A DNA stretch of 32,000 nt from contig SVEZ01000002.1 in assembly GCA_015057115.1 (NCBI GenBank), positions 203,456-235,455 of the forward strand. Reading direction: 5' to 3'. A program made the position numbers and the translations under genes. Below the pieces are notes generated by a model. The model was not told the origin of the DNA, did not search any database, and saw only the letters and a program-made list of their open reading frames with translations. Positions within the stretch are counted from its first letter, which is position 1; every line of letters begins with the position of its first letter. The stretch comes from Lachnospiraceae bacterium. Its GTDB lineage: Bacteria; Bacillota; Clostridia; Lachnospirales; Lachnospiraceae. This document shows, one piece after another, positions 7,089 to 17,518 of this stretch.

Positions 7089-9173
7089 CTATTCTTCTGC
7101 AGCTTCTTTACTTCTGGCTGCTACTTCCTTTTCCTGAACATCAGACGGTGCCTGCTCATATCTTGCAAACTCGTAAGAATACTCGCCGCTTCCACCGGTC
7201 ATGGAACGAAGGGCTGTAGAATAACCGTAAAGCTCAGCCTGTGGAATATCAGCAAGAATCTCCTGCTTACCACCCGGAAGCGGATTCATTCCAAGCACAC
7301 GACCACGTTTCTTATTCAGGTCACCCATAATATCTCCGGTATATTTGTCATCCACAACAACCTTCAATGATTCAATAGGCTCAAGAAGAATTGGTCCTGC
7401 CTCCATAAAGCCTTTCTTAAATGCCTGACTGGAAGCTGTCTTAAACGCCATTTCAGAGGAGTCTACCGGATGATATGATCCATCATATAAAACGGCTTTT
7501 ACACCTACTACCGGATAGCCGGCCAAAGGTCCTGCCAGAGTACATTCTGCAACACCTTTTTCAACTGCCGGGAAGTAGTTTTTCGGAACTGCTCCACCAA
7601 CTACAATCTGGTCAAACTCATATGCCTCATTCAAATCACCGGAAGGTTCAAAGGTCATCTTAACGTGACCATACTGACCATGTCCACCGGACTGTTTCTT
7701 ATATTTAAACTCAACATCCGCTTTTTTCTTAATCGTCTCTTTAAAAGCAACTTTCGGTCTATCCAGGGAAACTTCTACTTTGTAACGTTCTTTTAATTTA
7801 CTTACCAAAACCTCCAGCTGCTGATCGCCAATACCGTAAACCAAGGTCTGGCGATTCTTGGCATCATTTTCTGTACGAAGGGTAAGATCCTCCGCAAGGG
7901 CTTTTGCCATTGCCTGAGCAACCTTATCATCATCTCCCTTATTTACAGCCTTATATGCCATACAGGTATAAGGAGTGGACATACTGCATCTTCCGTATGC
8001 TACCGGCGTAGCCTTGGTAGATAAGGTATCACCTGTTGCAGTCTTGGTTAATTTTGCAAGGGCTCCGATATCACCGGCATGCAGCTCGGAAATCTCGGTT
8101 GGCTTATTACCTTTCAAAACATAAAGCTTACCAATCTTTTCTTCGCTGTCCTGATCCTTATTAAACATCAAATCATCCGTTTTCAATACACCGGAACAAA
8201 TCTTAATCAGGGAGTATTTTCCAATGAACGGATCCATTAAAGTCTTAAAGACATAAGCACTCTTTGCTTTGGAAAAATCATAATTTCCTTCAAAGCGCTC
8301 GTTGGTCTTTACATTCACCCCAAGGCATTCTCTTTCTGTTGGTGAGGGAAGATATTTTACAATATCCACCATCAAGGTATACATACCTCTCGCCAAGGTA
8401 TTGGATCCCATCAACACAGGGACAGTAGAACCATCTAAAACATTTACGCGCAATGCCTGACGAATTTCGTCTTCAGAGAACTCATCACCGTTAAAATAGC
8501 GATCCATAAACTCTTCACTGGTTTCTGCCACTGCTTCCAACAACGCTTCTCTAAAAATACCAAGATTCTCTAAAGAGTACTCCGGAAGGTTACATTTATC
8601 AATGGTTCCTTTTTCATTCCAGCGTTTTGCTTTCTGCTGGATGATATTCACGTATCCTACAAATTCCTCATTCTCACGAATCGGCATATGGAATGGAGCT
8701 ATCTTCTTTCCGTACAGTTCCTGAAGGTTGGTTACTACCTCACGATAGGACGCATTATTGTCATCCATCTGGGTTACAAATACCATTCTCGGAAGATTGT
8801 ATTTATCACAAAGCTCCCATGCCTTCTTCGTTCCTACTTCAACGCCATTCTTTCCGGACACAACGATAATAGCCGCATCCGCAACAGATACAGCTTCTTC
8901 TACTTCACCGACGAAATCAAAATATCCCGGTGTATCCAAAAAATTGATCTTGGTATCGCCCCAAACAATTGGGATTACAGACGTTTGAATAGAAAATAGA
9001 CGTTTGATTTCTTCTTTATCGTAATCACTGATGGTATTACCATCTTCCACTTTTCCCATACGGGAAATGTCCCCTGCCAGATAGGCCATGGCCTCAATCA
9101 GTGATGTTTTACCACATCCTCCATGACCTAAAATGACAACATTTCTGATCTTGTCTGTTGTAAATACGTTCAT
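7089..9173 (-). CDS. Elongation factor G paralog (EF-G II-like translational GTPase)
   Basis: 694 aa with full five-domain EF-G colinearity. G1 reads GHGGCGKTS and G3 reads DTPGYFDF. G4 is TQMD in place of NKxD. A GGGGGA ribosome-binding site is present. Confidence 0.9.
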   Translation of the reverse strand: MNVFTTDKIRNVVILGHGGCGKTSLIEAMAYLAGDISRMGKVEDGNTISDYDKEEIKRLFSIQTSVIPIVWGDTKINFLDTPGYFDFVGEVEEAVSVADAAIIVVSGKNGVEVGTKKAWELCDKYNLPRMVFVTQMDDNNASYREVVTNLQELYGKKIAPFHMPIRENEEFVGYVNIIQQKAKRWNEKGTIDKCNLPEYSLENLGIFREALLEAVAETSEEFMDRYFNGDEFSEDEIRQALRVNVLDGSTVPVLMGSNTLARGMYTLMVDIVKYLPSPTERECLGVNVKTNERFEGNYDFSKAKSAYVFKTLMDPFIGKYSLIKICSGVLKTDDLMFNKDQDSEEKIGKLYVLKGNKPTEISELHAGDIGALAKLTKTATGDTLSTKATPVAYGRCSMSTPYTCMAYKAVNKGDDDKVAQAMAKALAEDLTLRTENDAKNRQTLVYGIGDQQLEVLVSKLKERYKVEVSLDRPKVAFKETIKKKADVEFKYKKQSGGHGQYGHVKMTFEPSGDLNEAYEFDQIVVGGAVPKNYFPAVEKGVAECTLAGPLAGYPVVGVKAVLYDGSYHPVDSSEMAFKTASSQAFKKGFMEAGPILLEPIESLKVVVDDKYTGDIMGDLNKKRGRVLGMNPLPGGKQEILADIPQAELYGYSTALRSMTGGSGEYSYEFARYEQAPSDVQEKEVAARSKEAAEE

Positions 9174-9236
9174 AGTTTTGTCCCCCTGACTTAGTAGTTT
9201 ATTAAGATATCTATATTTTTCAAAATATTAGATTAC

Positions 9237-9608
9237 TTAAACCTTTTCATCTGCCCCATAGCTCTCGTCACCATCATAAAAGATTTGATAGATTTCAATC
9301 TTCAAGGAATCTGTTTCCGTCATTCCGATAAACATTGCACCGTAAGTAAAGGTTCCGTCCTCATTATCCTTTACTCGAACGATTTCGATTACCGTTTCAA
9401 TAATTTCCTTCGTCCATATCTGAAGCTTCATATCGTAGTAGGAATGGTTCTCCAATACCTGAGAACTACGGAATCCAATACCGGTCTTGGAAAGATCAAA
9501 TACATCCACCTTACCGTATTTTACAGTAGTTGTATCATCAACATCCAACCGTTCGATCTGAACTTGAACATCCAAATCCAGTCGCTTACTTCTTCTTCTT
9601 TCTTCCAT
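9237..9608 (-). CDS. Stand-alone PilZ domain protein (putative c-di-GMP receptor)
   Basis: 123 aa. An RxxxR-type motif at the N-terminus (RRRSKR) and a DxSxxG motif (DLSKTG) are spaced as expected for PilZ. Confidence 0.85.
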   Translation of the reverse strand: MEERRRSKRLDLDVQVQIERLDVDDTTTVKYGKVDVFDLSKTGIGFRSSQVLENHSYYDMKLQIWTKEIIETVIEIVRVKDNEDGTFTYGAMFIGMTETDSLKIEIYQIFYDGDESYGADEKV

Positions 9609-9651
9609 CCTCTTCTCCTCTTCGTCGAACTTAGACTACATCTTCTTTTTC

Positions 9652-9680
9652 ATTGTATTACAACACATCACGTCACGCAA
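9652..9680 (-). promoter_or_regulatory. Candidate sigma-A promoter for the PilZ gene
   Basis: On the minus strand: TTGCGT, 17 nt, TACAAT. Confidence 0.35.
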
Positions 9681-9759
9681 GTGCTTTTTGTCAAAAAATT
9701 TTAAAAATTACGTCTATTTGCATTTACAACAGTCAATCATTCTTTATACTATCTCTATC

Positions 9760-10797
9760 TTAACCATGAATAAACATGGCGTCGCCAAAGGAAAAGAACC
9801 GATATCCTTCCTTTACCGCAGTATTGTAAGCTTCCAGAACATGCTCTCTACCGGCCAGGGCAGAAACCAGCATAATAAGAGTAGATTCCGGCAAATGGAA
9901 GTTTGTAATCAGGGCATCCAACACTTTAAATCGATATCCGGGGTAGATAAAGATTTCAGTCCAGCCACTGCATTCCTTTAATCTTCCATTTTCATCTGCA
10001 GCAGATTCCACCGTTCGACAACTAGTGGTTCCAACACAAATCACACGATGTCCTTCTTCTTTCGTCCGATTAATCAGTTCTGCCGCTTCTTCAGTAATCC
10101 TGTAAAATTCTGAATGCATATGGTGTTCCAATACATTTTCTTCTTTTACCGGCCGGAAGGTTCCCAAGCCCACATGAAGGGTTACTTCCGCAATCCGTAT
10201 GCCTTTTTCGCGAATCTTTTCCAGTAATTCCGGCGTCATATGCAAACCTGCGGTAGGGGCAGCTGCAGATCCGTCATACTTCGCATATACGGTCTGGTAA
10301 CGGTTTTTATCCTGTAATTTATGGGTAATATATGGCGGCAAAGGCATCTGTCCCAGTTTATCCAGAATTTCTTCAAAAATTCCTTCATAGGAAAACTGAA
10401 TCAATCGATTTCCTTCCTCCACAATATCCACAACCGTTCCCACCAAAAGTCCGTCACCAAAGGATATTTTGGTTCCGATTTTTGCTTTTTTTCCGGGCTT
10501 TACCAGGGTCTCCCAAACATCGTTTTCCATTCTTTTCAGTAAAAGAATTTCGATTTTCGCCTCGGTTCCTTCCTTCACGCCAAAAAGTCTGGCAGGGATT
10601 ACCTTGGTATTGTTCAATACCAGGCAGTCCCCCGGCTCAAGGTAGTCTATAATGTCCCGAAAAATTTTGTGTTCCACTTCTCCGGTATCCTTATTCAATA
10701 CCATTAATCTGGAAGAGGAACGATCCGTAAGAGGATCCTGGGCGATCTGCTCCTGTGGCAGATCAAACCAGTAATCCTTTACACTCATACTTTCCAT
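9760..10797 (-). CDS. queA: S-adenosylmethionine:tRNA ribosyltransferase-isomerase
   Basis: 345 aa. Shows [29 protein letters not shown] and AAPTAGLH...GTFRPV, all typical QueA blocks. The gene starts 2 nt after the pheT stop. Confidence 0.95.
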   Translation of the reverse strand: MESMSVKDYWFDLPQEQIAQDPLTDRSSSRLMVLNKDTGEVEHKIFRDIIDYLEPGDCLVLNNTKVIPARLFGVKEGTEAKIEILLLKRMENDVWETLVKPGKKAKIGTKISFGDGLLVGTVVDIVEEGNRLIQFSYEGIFEEILDKLGQMPLPPYITHKLQDKNRYQTVYAKYDGSAAAPTAGLHMTPELLEKIREKGIRIAEVTLHVGLGTFRPVKEENVLEHHMHSEFYRITEEAAELINRTKEEGHRVICVGTTSCRTVESAADENGRLKECSGWTEIFIYPGYRFKVLDALITNFHLPESTLIMLVSALAGREHVLEAYNTAVKEGYRFFSFGDAMFIHG

Positions 10798-10799
10798 AA

Positions 10800-13220
10800 C
10801 TATTGCCTCAATTCTACATTCATTTTCGCAAGTGCTTTAATGATGCGATTCATAATCTGTGTAATCTCTTCTTCCTCCATAGTCTTATCCTTTGCACGGA
10901 AGGACAAAGAGTATGCTAAAGATTTATAGCCTGCAGCAATCTGGGTTCCTTCGTAAACATCGAACAATTCCAGGTTTTCCAAATGTTCTCCTGCATTTTC
11001 GCGGATGCAGTTTTCGATTTCTCCTGCAAGAATTCCCTTGCTGCACATCATGGACAGGTCACGGTTTACCGCCGGATACTTCGGAATCTCCTCAAACTTA
11101 TAATCGTAATTGGAACATTCCACCAGATTCAGAATGTCAATAACAGCTATATATACTTTTTCTTTAATATCATAGTTTGCAGCCACCAACGGATGAATCT
11201 GTCCCAACTCCGCAAGCTTCACGCCATTTAAATATACCTCTGCGCAACGTCCCGGATGGAAATATAAAATATCCGCTTTTGGAACAAATTCTACTTTCTT
11301 TTTCACACCACATTCGGAAAGGATATCTTCCACAACACCCTTTAACTCAAAGAAGTCACCTGCTCCATACATACCCAGGGTCATTCTCATTCTCTCTTCC
11401 GGAAGTTCGGTTAAGGGAAGCTGTTTCGGTAGGTATACATTACCCAGTTCAAACAAACGAACATCCTTGTTTCTGCGGTTATAATTGGTAGATAATGATG
11501 TCAACATACCGTTTAGGGATACGGTACGCATAATACTGAAATCTTCACCCAACGGATTTAAAATAGTAACCGCCTTACGTAATTTTGAATCCTTTGGAAT
11601 GCGAAGCTTATCAAACACCTTCGGGCTTTCAAAGGAATAGGTCATTGCCTGGGAGAATCCGTTATAATGAGCAGTTACTCTCGCATTCTCCTCCACAATC
11701 ATCTTTTTGCTCTTTCCACCGGTAGTAGAACGTCCGCTGGGAAGGGTTGTCGGGATCTTGTCGTATCCGTAGAAGCGAACAACCTCCTCGGCTAAATCAG
11801 CCATTACATGAATATCCTGACGCCAGGAAGGCACTACAATCTCGCCGGTATTGTCATCATAAGTAAGGTCTACGCGTGCCAGATAATCAATCATATCTTC
11901 CTTGGAGATATCGGTTCCCAAAAGCTGATTAATCTTTCCCGGTTCTAAAACCACACGATTTCCTTCTCTCACACCCGGATACACGTCTACGCAACCGCCA
12001 ACCACTTCGCCGGCACCAAACTCTTCCATAAACTGACAGCAACGGTTGATTGCAAGCATAGCCTGATTTGGATCAAGGCCCTTTTCAAACTTGCCGGAAG
12101 CATCGGTACGCATACCCAACTTTTTACTGGAAAGACGGATATTGGTTCCGTCAAAACATGCTGCTTCAAAAAGAACAGTTTGTACATTTTCTGTAATCAT
12201 GGAATTTTCACCGCCCATGATTCCCGCAATACCGATTGGTTTCTTTCCATCGCAAATCATGAGAGTTTTATCATCCAATGTTCTTTCCTGTCCATCCAAG
12301 GTAGTGAATTTGTCCCCTGCCTTTGCAGTCTTGACAACAATCTTATTATCTTCAATTGTAGAAATGTCATACGCATGCATTGGCTGTCCAAACTCTTCCA
12401 TTACATAATTAGTAATATCTACAATGTTGTTAATCGGGCGAATTCCCACGCTGGCAAGACGTCTCTGCATCCATACCGGTGACGGTCCGATTTTAACATT
12501 TTTAACAACACGGGCTACATAACGGGAGCAAAGTTCCTCATTCTCAATGGATACAGAAATGTAGTCTTTAGCCTTCTCGTCATTTCCGGTGGCTTTAATT
12601 TCCGGATAATGGAATTCTTTGCCAAAAGTAGCTGCCGCTTCTCTTGCAATTCCTATTACAGCAAAGCAATCTACACGGTTACTGGTTACTTCGTACTCTA
12701 CCACAATATCATCCAGTCCCAGTACTTTCGCTACATCTTCTCCTACTTTTACATCCTGACCAAAAATGAAGATTCCATATTCCGGCGCTTCCGGATACAT
12801 CTCCCTGGAAGAACCAAGTTCTTCAATTGAGCACATCATGCCCTCACTCGGCACGCCGCGAAGCTTTCCGCTGGTAATCTGTACGCCGCCTTTTACACGT
12901 TCTCCATCATGGTTTCCAGCGACTTTTCCGCCTGACAATACCACCGGAACCTTATCCATTTCTTTTACATTCGGCGCACCTGTTACAATCTGAATCGGGG
13001 CATCTTTTCCGATATCCACCTGACAAACCACAAGTTTATCCGCATCCGGATGTTTTTCAATCTTCAGAATCTGACCAACCACAACCTTGTCCAAATCCTC
13101 ACCGATACACTCATAACCTTCTACCTTGGTTCCGCTTAAGGTCATGGCATCCACATATTCCTGTGCTGTCACTTCAAGTTCCGGCACATATTCTTTTATC
13201 CACTCTAACGATGTATTCAT
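10800..13220 (-). CDS. pheT: Phenylalanine--tRNA ligase beta subunit
   Basis: 806 aa. It has an N-terminal tRNA-binding domain, B3/4 and B5 regions and a C-terminal FDX-ACB-like end. It lies immediately downstream of pheS. Confidence 0.96.
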   Translation of the reverse strand: MNTSLEWIKEYVPELEVTAQEYVDAMTLSGTKVEGYECIGEDLDKVVVGQILKIEKHPDADKLVVCQVDIGKDAPIQIVTGAPNVKEMDKVPVVLSGGKVAGNHDGERVKGGVQITSGKLRGVPSEGMMCSIEELGSSREMYPEAPEYGIFIFGQDVKVGEDVAKVLGLDDIVVEYEVTSNRVDCFAVIGIAREAAATFGKEFHYPEIKATGNDEKAKDYISVSIENEELCSRYVARVVKNVKIGPSPVWMQRRLASVGIRPINNIVDITNYVMEEFGQPMHAYDISTIEDNKIVVKTAKAGDKFTTLDGQERTLDDKTLMICDGKKPIGIAGIMGGENSMITENVQTVLFEAACFDGTNIRLSSKKLGMRTDASGKFEKGLDPNQAMLAINRCCQFMEEFGAGEVVGGCVDVYPGVREGNRVVLEPGKINQLLGTDISKEDMIDYLARVDLTYDDNTGEIVVPSWRQDIHVMADLAEEVVRFYGYDKIPTTLPSGRSTTGGKSKKMIVEENARVTAHYNGFSQAMTYSFESPKVFDKLRIPKDSKLRKAVTILNPLGEDFSIMRTVSLNGMLTSLSTNYNRRNKDVRLFELGNVYLPKQLPLTELPEERMRMTLGMYGAGDFFELKGVVEDILSECGVKKKVEFVPKADILYFHPGRCAEVYLNGVKLAELGQIHPLVAANYDIKEKVYIAVIDILNLVECSNYDYKFEEIPKYPAVNRDLSMMCSKGILAGEIENCIRENAGEHLENLELFDVYEGTQIAAGYKSLAYSLSFRAKDKTMEEEEITQIMNRIIKALAKMNVELRQ

Positions 13221-13237
13221 AAATCTATTTCCTCCTG

Positions 13238-14257
13238 CTAGAACTGCTTCAAAAATCTGTCATCATTTTCGTATAACAGACGCATATCATCAATTTCATA
13301 CTTCAATAACGCAATACGTTCCAAGCCCATACCAAAAGCAAAACCGGAATACTCTTCCGTATCGATATTACATTTTTCCAATACATTCGGATGTACCATA
13401 CCGCAGCCTAAAATTTCAATCCATCCGGATCCTTTACAGAAACGACATCCTTTTCCACCGCACTTAAAGCAGCTTACATCCATCTCCGCACTAGGCTCGG
13501 TAAACGGGAAATGATGGGGACGGAATTTAACTTTTGTTTCCTCACCAAACATCTTCTTTGCAAATTCTTCCAAAGTTCCCTTCAAATCAGAGAAGGTAAC
13601 ACCACGATCCACAACCAGTCCCTCAATCTGATGGAAGGACGGAGAATGGGTTGCATCCACTTCATCGGAACGAAATACTCTTCCCGGTGCAAGCATACGC
13701 AACGGCAGTTTTCCCTGTTCCATAGCGTGAATCTGAATTGGAGAAGTCTGGGTACGAAGCACAATCTTATCATTTACATAAAATGTATCCTGCTCGTCCT
13801 TTGCCGGATGATTTGGCGGAATATTTAATGCCTCAAAATTGTAATAATCATATTCTATTTCCGGGCCATCCATAATTTCGTATCCCATTCCAATAAAGAT
13901 ACGCTCCACTTCCTCCACTGCAAGAGTATTTGGATGAGAATGACCTACATGATGTTTCTTTGCAGGAAGCGTAACATCAATTACCTCTTTCTTCAGCTGA
14001 AGATCAAGCTCCGCTGCCTCCAGTTTCTTTTTTGTTTCATCCAGTAATGCTTCAATTGCCTGACGGGTCTCATTCACCATCTGACCAAAAGCAGGTCTTT
14101 CTTCCGCGCTTAGGTTCTTCATGTTCTTCATCATCTGGGTAAGTTCCCCTTTTTTTCCAAGAACATTGACACGAACCTCATTTAATTTGCCCAGTCCATC
14201 GGATTCCTGAATCTGCCTGGTCGCATCTTCACGAATCTGCTGCAGTTTTTCTTTCAT
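13238..14257 (-). CDS. pheS: Phenylalanine--tRNA ligase alpha subunit
   Basis: 339 aa with class II motifs: ...[22 protein letters not shown]... and ...[14 protein letters not shown].... A Phe T-box leader precedes it. Confidence 0.97.
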   Translation of the reverse strand: MKEKLQQIREDATRQIQESDGLGKLNEVRVNVLGKKGELTQMMKNMKNLSAEERPAFGQMVNETRQAIEALLDETKKKLEAAELDLQLKKEVIDVTLPAKKHHVGHSHPNTLAVEEVERIFIGMGYEIMDGPEIEYDYYNFEALNIPPNHPAKDEQDTFYVNDKIVLRTQTSPIQIHAMEQGKLPLRMLAPGRVFRSDEVDATHSPSFHQIEGLVVDRGVTFSDLKGTLEEFAKKMFGEETKVKFRPHHFPFTEPSAEMDVSCFKCGGKGCRFCKGSGWIEILGCGMVHPNVLEKCNIDTEEYSGFAFGMGLERIALLKYEIDDMRLLYENDDRFLKQF

Positions 14258-14261
14258 AATC

Positions 14262-14556
14262 TTATATCCTCCATTTTTCTATTTTCGCAAGTCGTGTTGC
14301 CGCTTAAAATGCACAAAAAAAGCTCCATCCCAAAAGGGACGAAGCATACTCCGCGGTACCACCCTAGTTTCCATACATATATGGACACCTCAATCTTACG
14401 TAACGTGCAAGTGCCGTCCTGACCTACTGCCTTCAATCAGGAAGCTCCGGTGTGAAATTCGCCATCTTATCAGTGCCTGACAGGACTTGCAGCCGATGAT
14501 CCCGTCTCTCTAATGGATAATAAAATGCTACTGTGCACCATCATTGCTTTTCACTG
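14262..14556 (-). promoter_or_regulatory. T-box riboswitch leader, probable Phe (UUC) specifier
   Basis: The minus strand carries the conserved T-box sequence AACTAGGGTGGTACCGCGG (plus-strand coordinates 14351-14369). A Stem I start AGAGAGACGGGA is present. A GAAUUUCAC loop has UUC followed by A (UUC = plus 14454-14456). A downstream terminator hairpin follows. Confidence 0.9.
14314..14347 (-). terminator. T-box attenuator (intrinsic terminator)
   Basis: The minus strand reads GCTTCGTCCC-TTTT-GGGATGGAGC followed by TTTTTTT. Confidence 0.8.
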
Positions 14557-14562
14557 GTGACT

Positions 14563-14591
14563 ATGATACCACATTTTCAAGGAAAACTCAA
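14563..14591 (-). promoter_or_regulatory. Candidate sigma-A promoter of the pheST leader
   Basis: On the minus strand: TTGAGT, 17 nt, TATCAT, with an extended TGn element (TGGTATCAT). It overlaps the stop codon of the upstream yihY-like gene. Confidence 0.5.
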
Positions 14592-15433
14592 GACTTTCTT
14601 TTTTGCCGGCGTCTGCCGAACCACATACGAAGTACCCCTTGGTACATGGAATCCAGTTCCGCACATATCAAGAGAATATACATACCGAAATATATATATA
14701 TCAGAATCAGCATAATGGTTGTCATACTGCCGTACATGGAAAATCCATCAAAGTAATTAACATAAACAGAAATGATAAAGGACATAACCACCCAGGCAAA
14801 TGCTGCAGCGCTTGCCGCCGGAAGCTGGCTCTTAAAAGACGCCTTCCGGTTCGGTAAAAATTTCAAAATAATCAAGAATAAAAGCAGCAACGACAAAAAC
14901 AAAATCAAATACCGCAAATTTAACAGCACCCGAAAGGCATGGCTTACTATGGGATACTTTTCCAATATGCGTCGACGAAATACATCCCCGAATACCAACG
15001 TTAAAACACTCAACAAAACACTTACCGTAAAAATCAACGTGTAAAAAATAGCCCTTATACGAAGTACCAACCATTGACGACTTTCCTCTATGTTGTAAAT
15101 CACATTCAGCCCGTTTGAAAGCACCTGCACTCCATTGCCAGAAGACCACAAAGCACCCACCAACGCAATGGATAAAGCGCCCGTTGAATTCCGGTACATC
15201 TCATGTACAATGGATACCAAAAACGGTGTTACCTGTTCCGGAAAAGATGCGGTAATCAGCGTCAAAAGCTGATACTCGCTTAAAGCCGTGTGCTGGAAGA
15301 TAAATAAAAACAAAATCAGAATCGGAATACCGGAAACCATCATGAAAAACGTGGTTTGCGCAGCAATTGCCCCCACGTTATCATTTCGCAGTTCCTGTAA
15401 AACATCCTTAAAAATTGCTATTATCTTCCACAT
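14588..15433 (-). CDS. YihY/BrkB family integral membrane protein
   Basis: 281 aa, multi-pass hydrophobic. The N-terminus ...LRNDNVGAIAAQTTFFMMVSGIP... is typical of the YihY/virulence factor BrkB family. Confidence 0.82.
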   Translation of the reverse strand: MWKIIAIFKDVLQELRNDNVGAIAAQTTFFMMVSGIPILILFLFIFQHTALSEYQLLTLITASFPEQVTPFLVSIVHEMYRNSTGALSIALVGALWSSGNGVQVLSNGLNVIYNIEESRQWLVLRIRAIFYTLIFTVSVLLSVLTLVFGDVFRRRILEKYPIVSHAFRVLLNLRYLILFLSLLLLFLIILKFLPNRKASFKSQLPAASAAAFAWVVMSFIISVYVNYFDGFSMYGSMTTIMLILIYIYFGMYILLICAELDSMYQGVLRMWFGRRRQKRKS

Positions 15434-17235
15434 TAAAACGTTACCTCCTGATAGAAGAAATTCAGGATTTTCTTATAATCATATCCACTTTTGGCCAATT
15501 CATTCGCACCATTCTGGCTCATTCCAAGTCCATGGCCAAAACCGCCGCCCCGAAGTTCCAAATTCTTTTTCTTCTGGCTTTTAATATAAAAGCATGCGCT
15601 CGGAAGCATTTGACTGCTTAATTTTGTTCCGTCCTTCAAGGTAATTTCCGGTTTCAGTGCAGCCAAACACAAGCGGATGGTATATTCGTTTTTCAATTTC
15701 ACCTTTCCCTTTTGATAGGTCAGAGTAACCTCTTCAATAGCACCACATTCATAGCGTCCCGTTACTTTTATGGATTTCAGACTTCCCAACCCGGAAAGGT
15801 CTGTAATCTCCTTTCCCTTTTCATTCAGGCAGGTTACGCTGGAAACAGATGCCTTTTTCCTTGCTAAAATCGCCTTATTTAAAGCATCTTCTTTGTCTTT
15901 GTAGGAAATCTTTACCGTCCAGCGGAAATAAGGGTAGTCTTTTTCATAAAATCCCTTCTCATCCATTTCCATAAATTCTTTAAATGCTTTTTCTTTGGAA
16001 AGATTCTTTGCATTTGTTTTCGTCTTATGAATCATGCCCGCCTGCAAATATCCTGCATTTGTCTTATCCATACTCCATATTTCATATCCCTGACGCATTC
16101 CGCAGGAAGTGGAGTAATAATAGGTTGTGGCAATCTTTCCCTTGTATTTCAAAACCACATTCTTTGTATCATCCACCGCCTTATTGGTACGGCTGGATTC
16201 TGCAGACTTATTATATACTTGATAGGTCGTACTATCATCAATCTGCGCATAAAATTTCTTTAAATTATTGGACTGATCCATGTGTCTATACACATAGCTT
16301 CTCGCGCATACCGCCTGAGCTTTCAACGCCTCTTCATCATAAGAAGATGGCATTTCACTTGGGATTACACCATATAAATATTGCCCCACAGGCAATTCAT
16401 TTATCAGCACATAGCCGGAAGTATAGCGATAAACTTTCAATGTTCCCCGGTAGCCCTTGGAAATAACATTTCCGTTCCTATCTGCTAAATAAATGCGTCC
16501 TGTTTTTGTTTTCGGAACCAGGGTTACACATTCCTTTTTCTTTGGCGAAGATACTTTTCCTGTTTTTGTAAAGGACAAAAGCCCATCCTTCTTAACAGTT
16601 TTCTCCTTCTGCTTTTCCGAAATTCTTGTATAAGCACTGTTTACCTTCAAATAACAGGACTTACGATAAAAGGAAACTCCGTTTTTTAAAAGGACGGTAA
16701 TGTTTTCTTTATCCGTATGTGTAGACTCTTTGGCAATTACCTTGGAAATCAAACTCTTCTTAACATAACTCTTAAAGCCAATAATCTTATCCTCTACACA
16801 ATATACCTGACACTGTTTCCCATCCAGCTTCATTTCTTTCAGATTAACCTGATGATCCGTATCAAGCAGAGTTAACAGCTGTTCATACACCGGCAAAAAT
16901 TCATCATATGGCACAATCTCTCCCTTTGAGATTGTCTCTAAATCCATATAGTCGGTTACTCCCAAAGTATGGCAAAACTCTGTAAGCTCTCGGCCGCTGA
17001 TTTTCTTTCCGTATCCTTTTTCCTCAAAATATCCCATCCATTGGGGCTTATTATATTCATAAAAACTCATAAAAGAGCTTAGCTCTTCTGTTGTAAGTTG
17101 GCGATTTTCCAGTTCTCGTCTTTGTTGCATACTGAATACACCGCAGAAAATCAAAAAAGCCAGTCCAAGCAAGGTACTAAGTCTTAACAATTGCTTTTTC
17201 TGACGTCTGGTAAATATCCCTTTGCTATATTTCAT
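15433..17235 (-). CDS. SpoIID/LytB domain-containing protein (cell-wall lytic transglycosylase-like), membrane anchored
   Basis: 600 aa with an N-terminal TM segment. The C-terminal blocks are AQAVCARSY, YYYSTSCG and GHGLGMSQNGANELAKSGYDYKKILNFFY, which are SpoIID signatures. Confidence 0.88.
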   Translation of the reverse strand: MKYSKGIFTRRQKKQLLRLSTLLGLAFLIFCGVFSMQQRRELENRQLTTEELSSFMSFYEYNKPQWMGYFEEKGYGKKISGRELTEFCHTLGVTDYMDLETISKGEIVPYDEFLPVYEQLLTLLDTDHQVNLKEMKLDGKQCQVYCVEDKIIGFKSYVKKSLISKVIAKESTHTDKENITVLLKNGVSFYRKSCYLKVNSAYTRISEKQKEKTVKKDGLLSFTKTGKVSSPKKKECVTLVPKTKTGRIYLADRNGNVISKGYRGTLKVYRYTSGYVLINELPVGQYLYGVIPSEMPSSYDEEALKAQAVCARSYVYRHMDQSNNLKKFYAQIDDSTTYQVYNKSAESSRTNKAVDDTKNVVLKYKGKIATTYYYSTSCGMRQGYEIWSMDKTNAGYLQAGMIHKTKTNAKNLSKEKAFKEFMEMDEKGFYEKDYPYFRWTVKISYKDKEDALNKAILARKKASVSSVTCLNEKGKEITDLSGLGSLKSIKVTGRYECGAIEEVTLTYQKGKVKLKNEYTIRLCLAALKPEITLKDGTKLSSQMLPSACFYIKSQKKKNLELRGGGFGHGLGMSQNGANELAKSGYDYKKILNFFYQEVTF

Positions 17236-17512
17236 CCTACTCTCCTGCTAATCCCAAAGAAGCTGCATAGAATTCTATGCAGCTTCTTAACTCTTCATTC
17301 TTTCGTATCGTAAATATAGTATCTTATGTAATTCCCCAAGGTGCCGTTCCTATATTTTTGACTCCTAGCCAGGGCTAGGTGGGTGTCCGCAACATAATCT
17401 TCTGCCTTCCGCCGATAGGTAGCGCGGCCTGACATCCAATCAGTAATGTAGGAGTCCCATAAAAGTAGATGTAGGTTCAAAAATTATAGGGGTGTCGAAC
17501 ATCTCAGGTGAT
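17236..17512 (-). ncRNA. Long structured 5' leader or unclassified cis-regulatory RNA upstream of the spoIID-like gene
   Basis: It is bounded upstream by a near-consensus promoter. It contains an 8-bp long-range helix (17449-17456 with 17360-17367) that competes with a local hairpin (17364-17379). An 8-bp helix joins 17350-17357 with 17312-17319. A 32-nt perfect palindrome sits just before the ribosome-binding site. I could not assign a family. Confidence 0.4.
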
Positions 17513-17518
17513 GGTTAT

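Noticed and set aside
17300-17460. Possible c-di-AMP (ydaO) riboswitch or SRP RNA similarity: GUCAGG...CUACCUA...GGCGGAAGGCAGAAG, CACCCACC, GGGGAAU.
   Set aside because: The element order and the conserved ACGGGGA/CCCGAA/GGGGUGAAUC blocks of ydaO do not line up. The contiguous GUCAGGUCCGGAAGGAAGCAGC core of SRP RNA is interrupted. I leave it as an unclassified leader pending a covariance-model scan.
17295-17480. The 61-aa minus-strand ORF in the spoIID-HK intergenic region.
   Set aside because: It has no Shine-Dalgarno sequence and overlaps the helices of the predicted leader RNA. Its composition is unlike that of neighbouring genes. I treat it as non-coding.
17440-17512. A TPP (THI-box) riboswitch resemblance in the leader: CUGAGA...ACCCC...UGAACCUAC...GGGA.
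   Set aside because: The upstream GGGGUGC/P2 strand is missing, because the sequence begins at the promoter. The P4/P5 helix (CUGG...CCAG) is also absent, and the downstream gene has no thiamine link.
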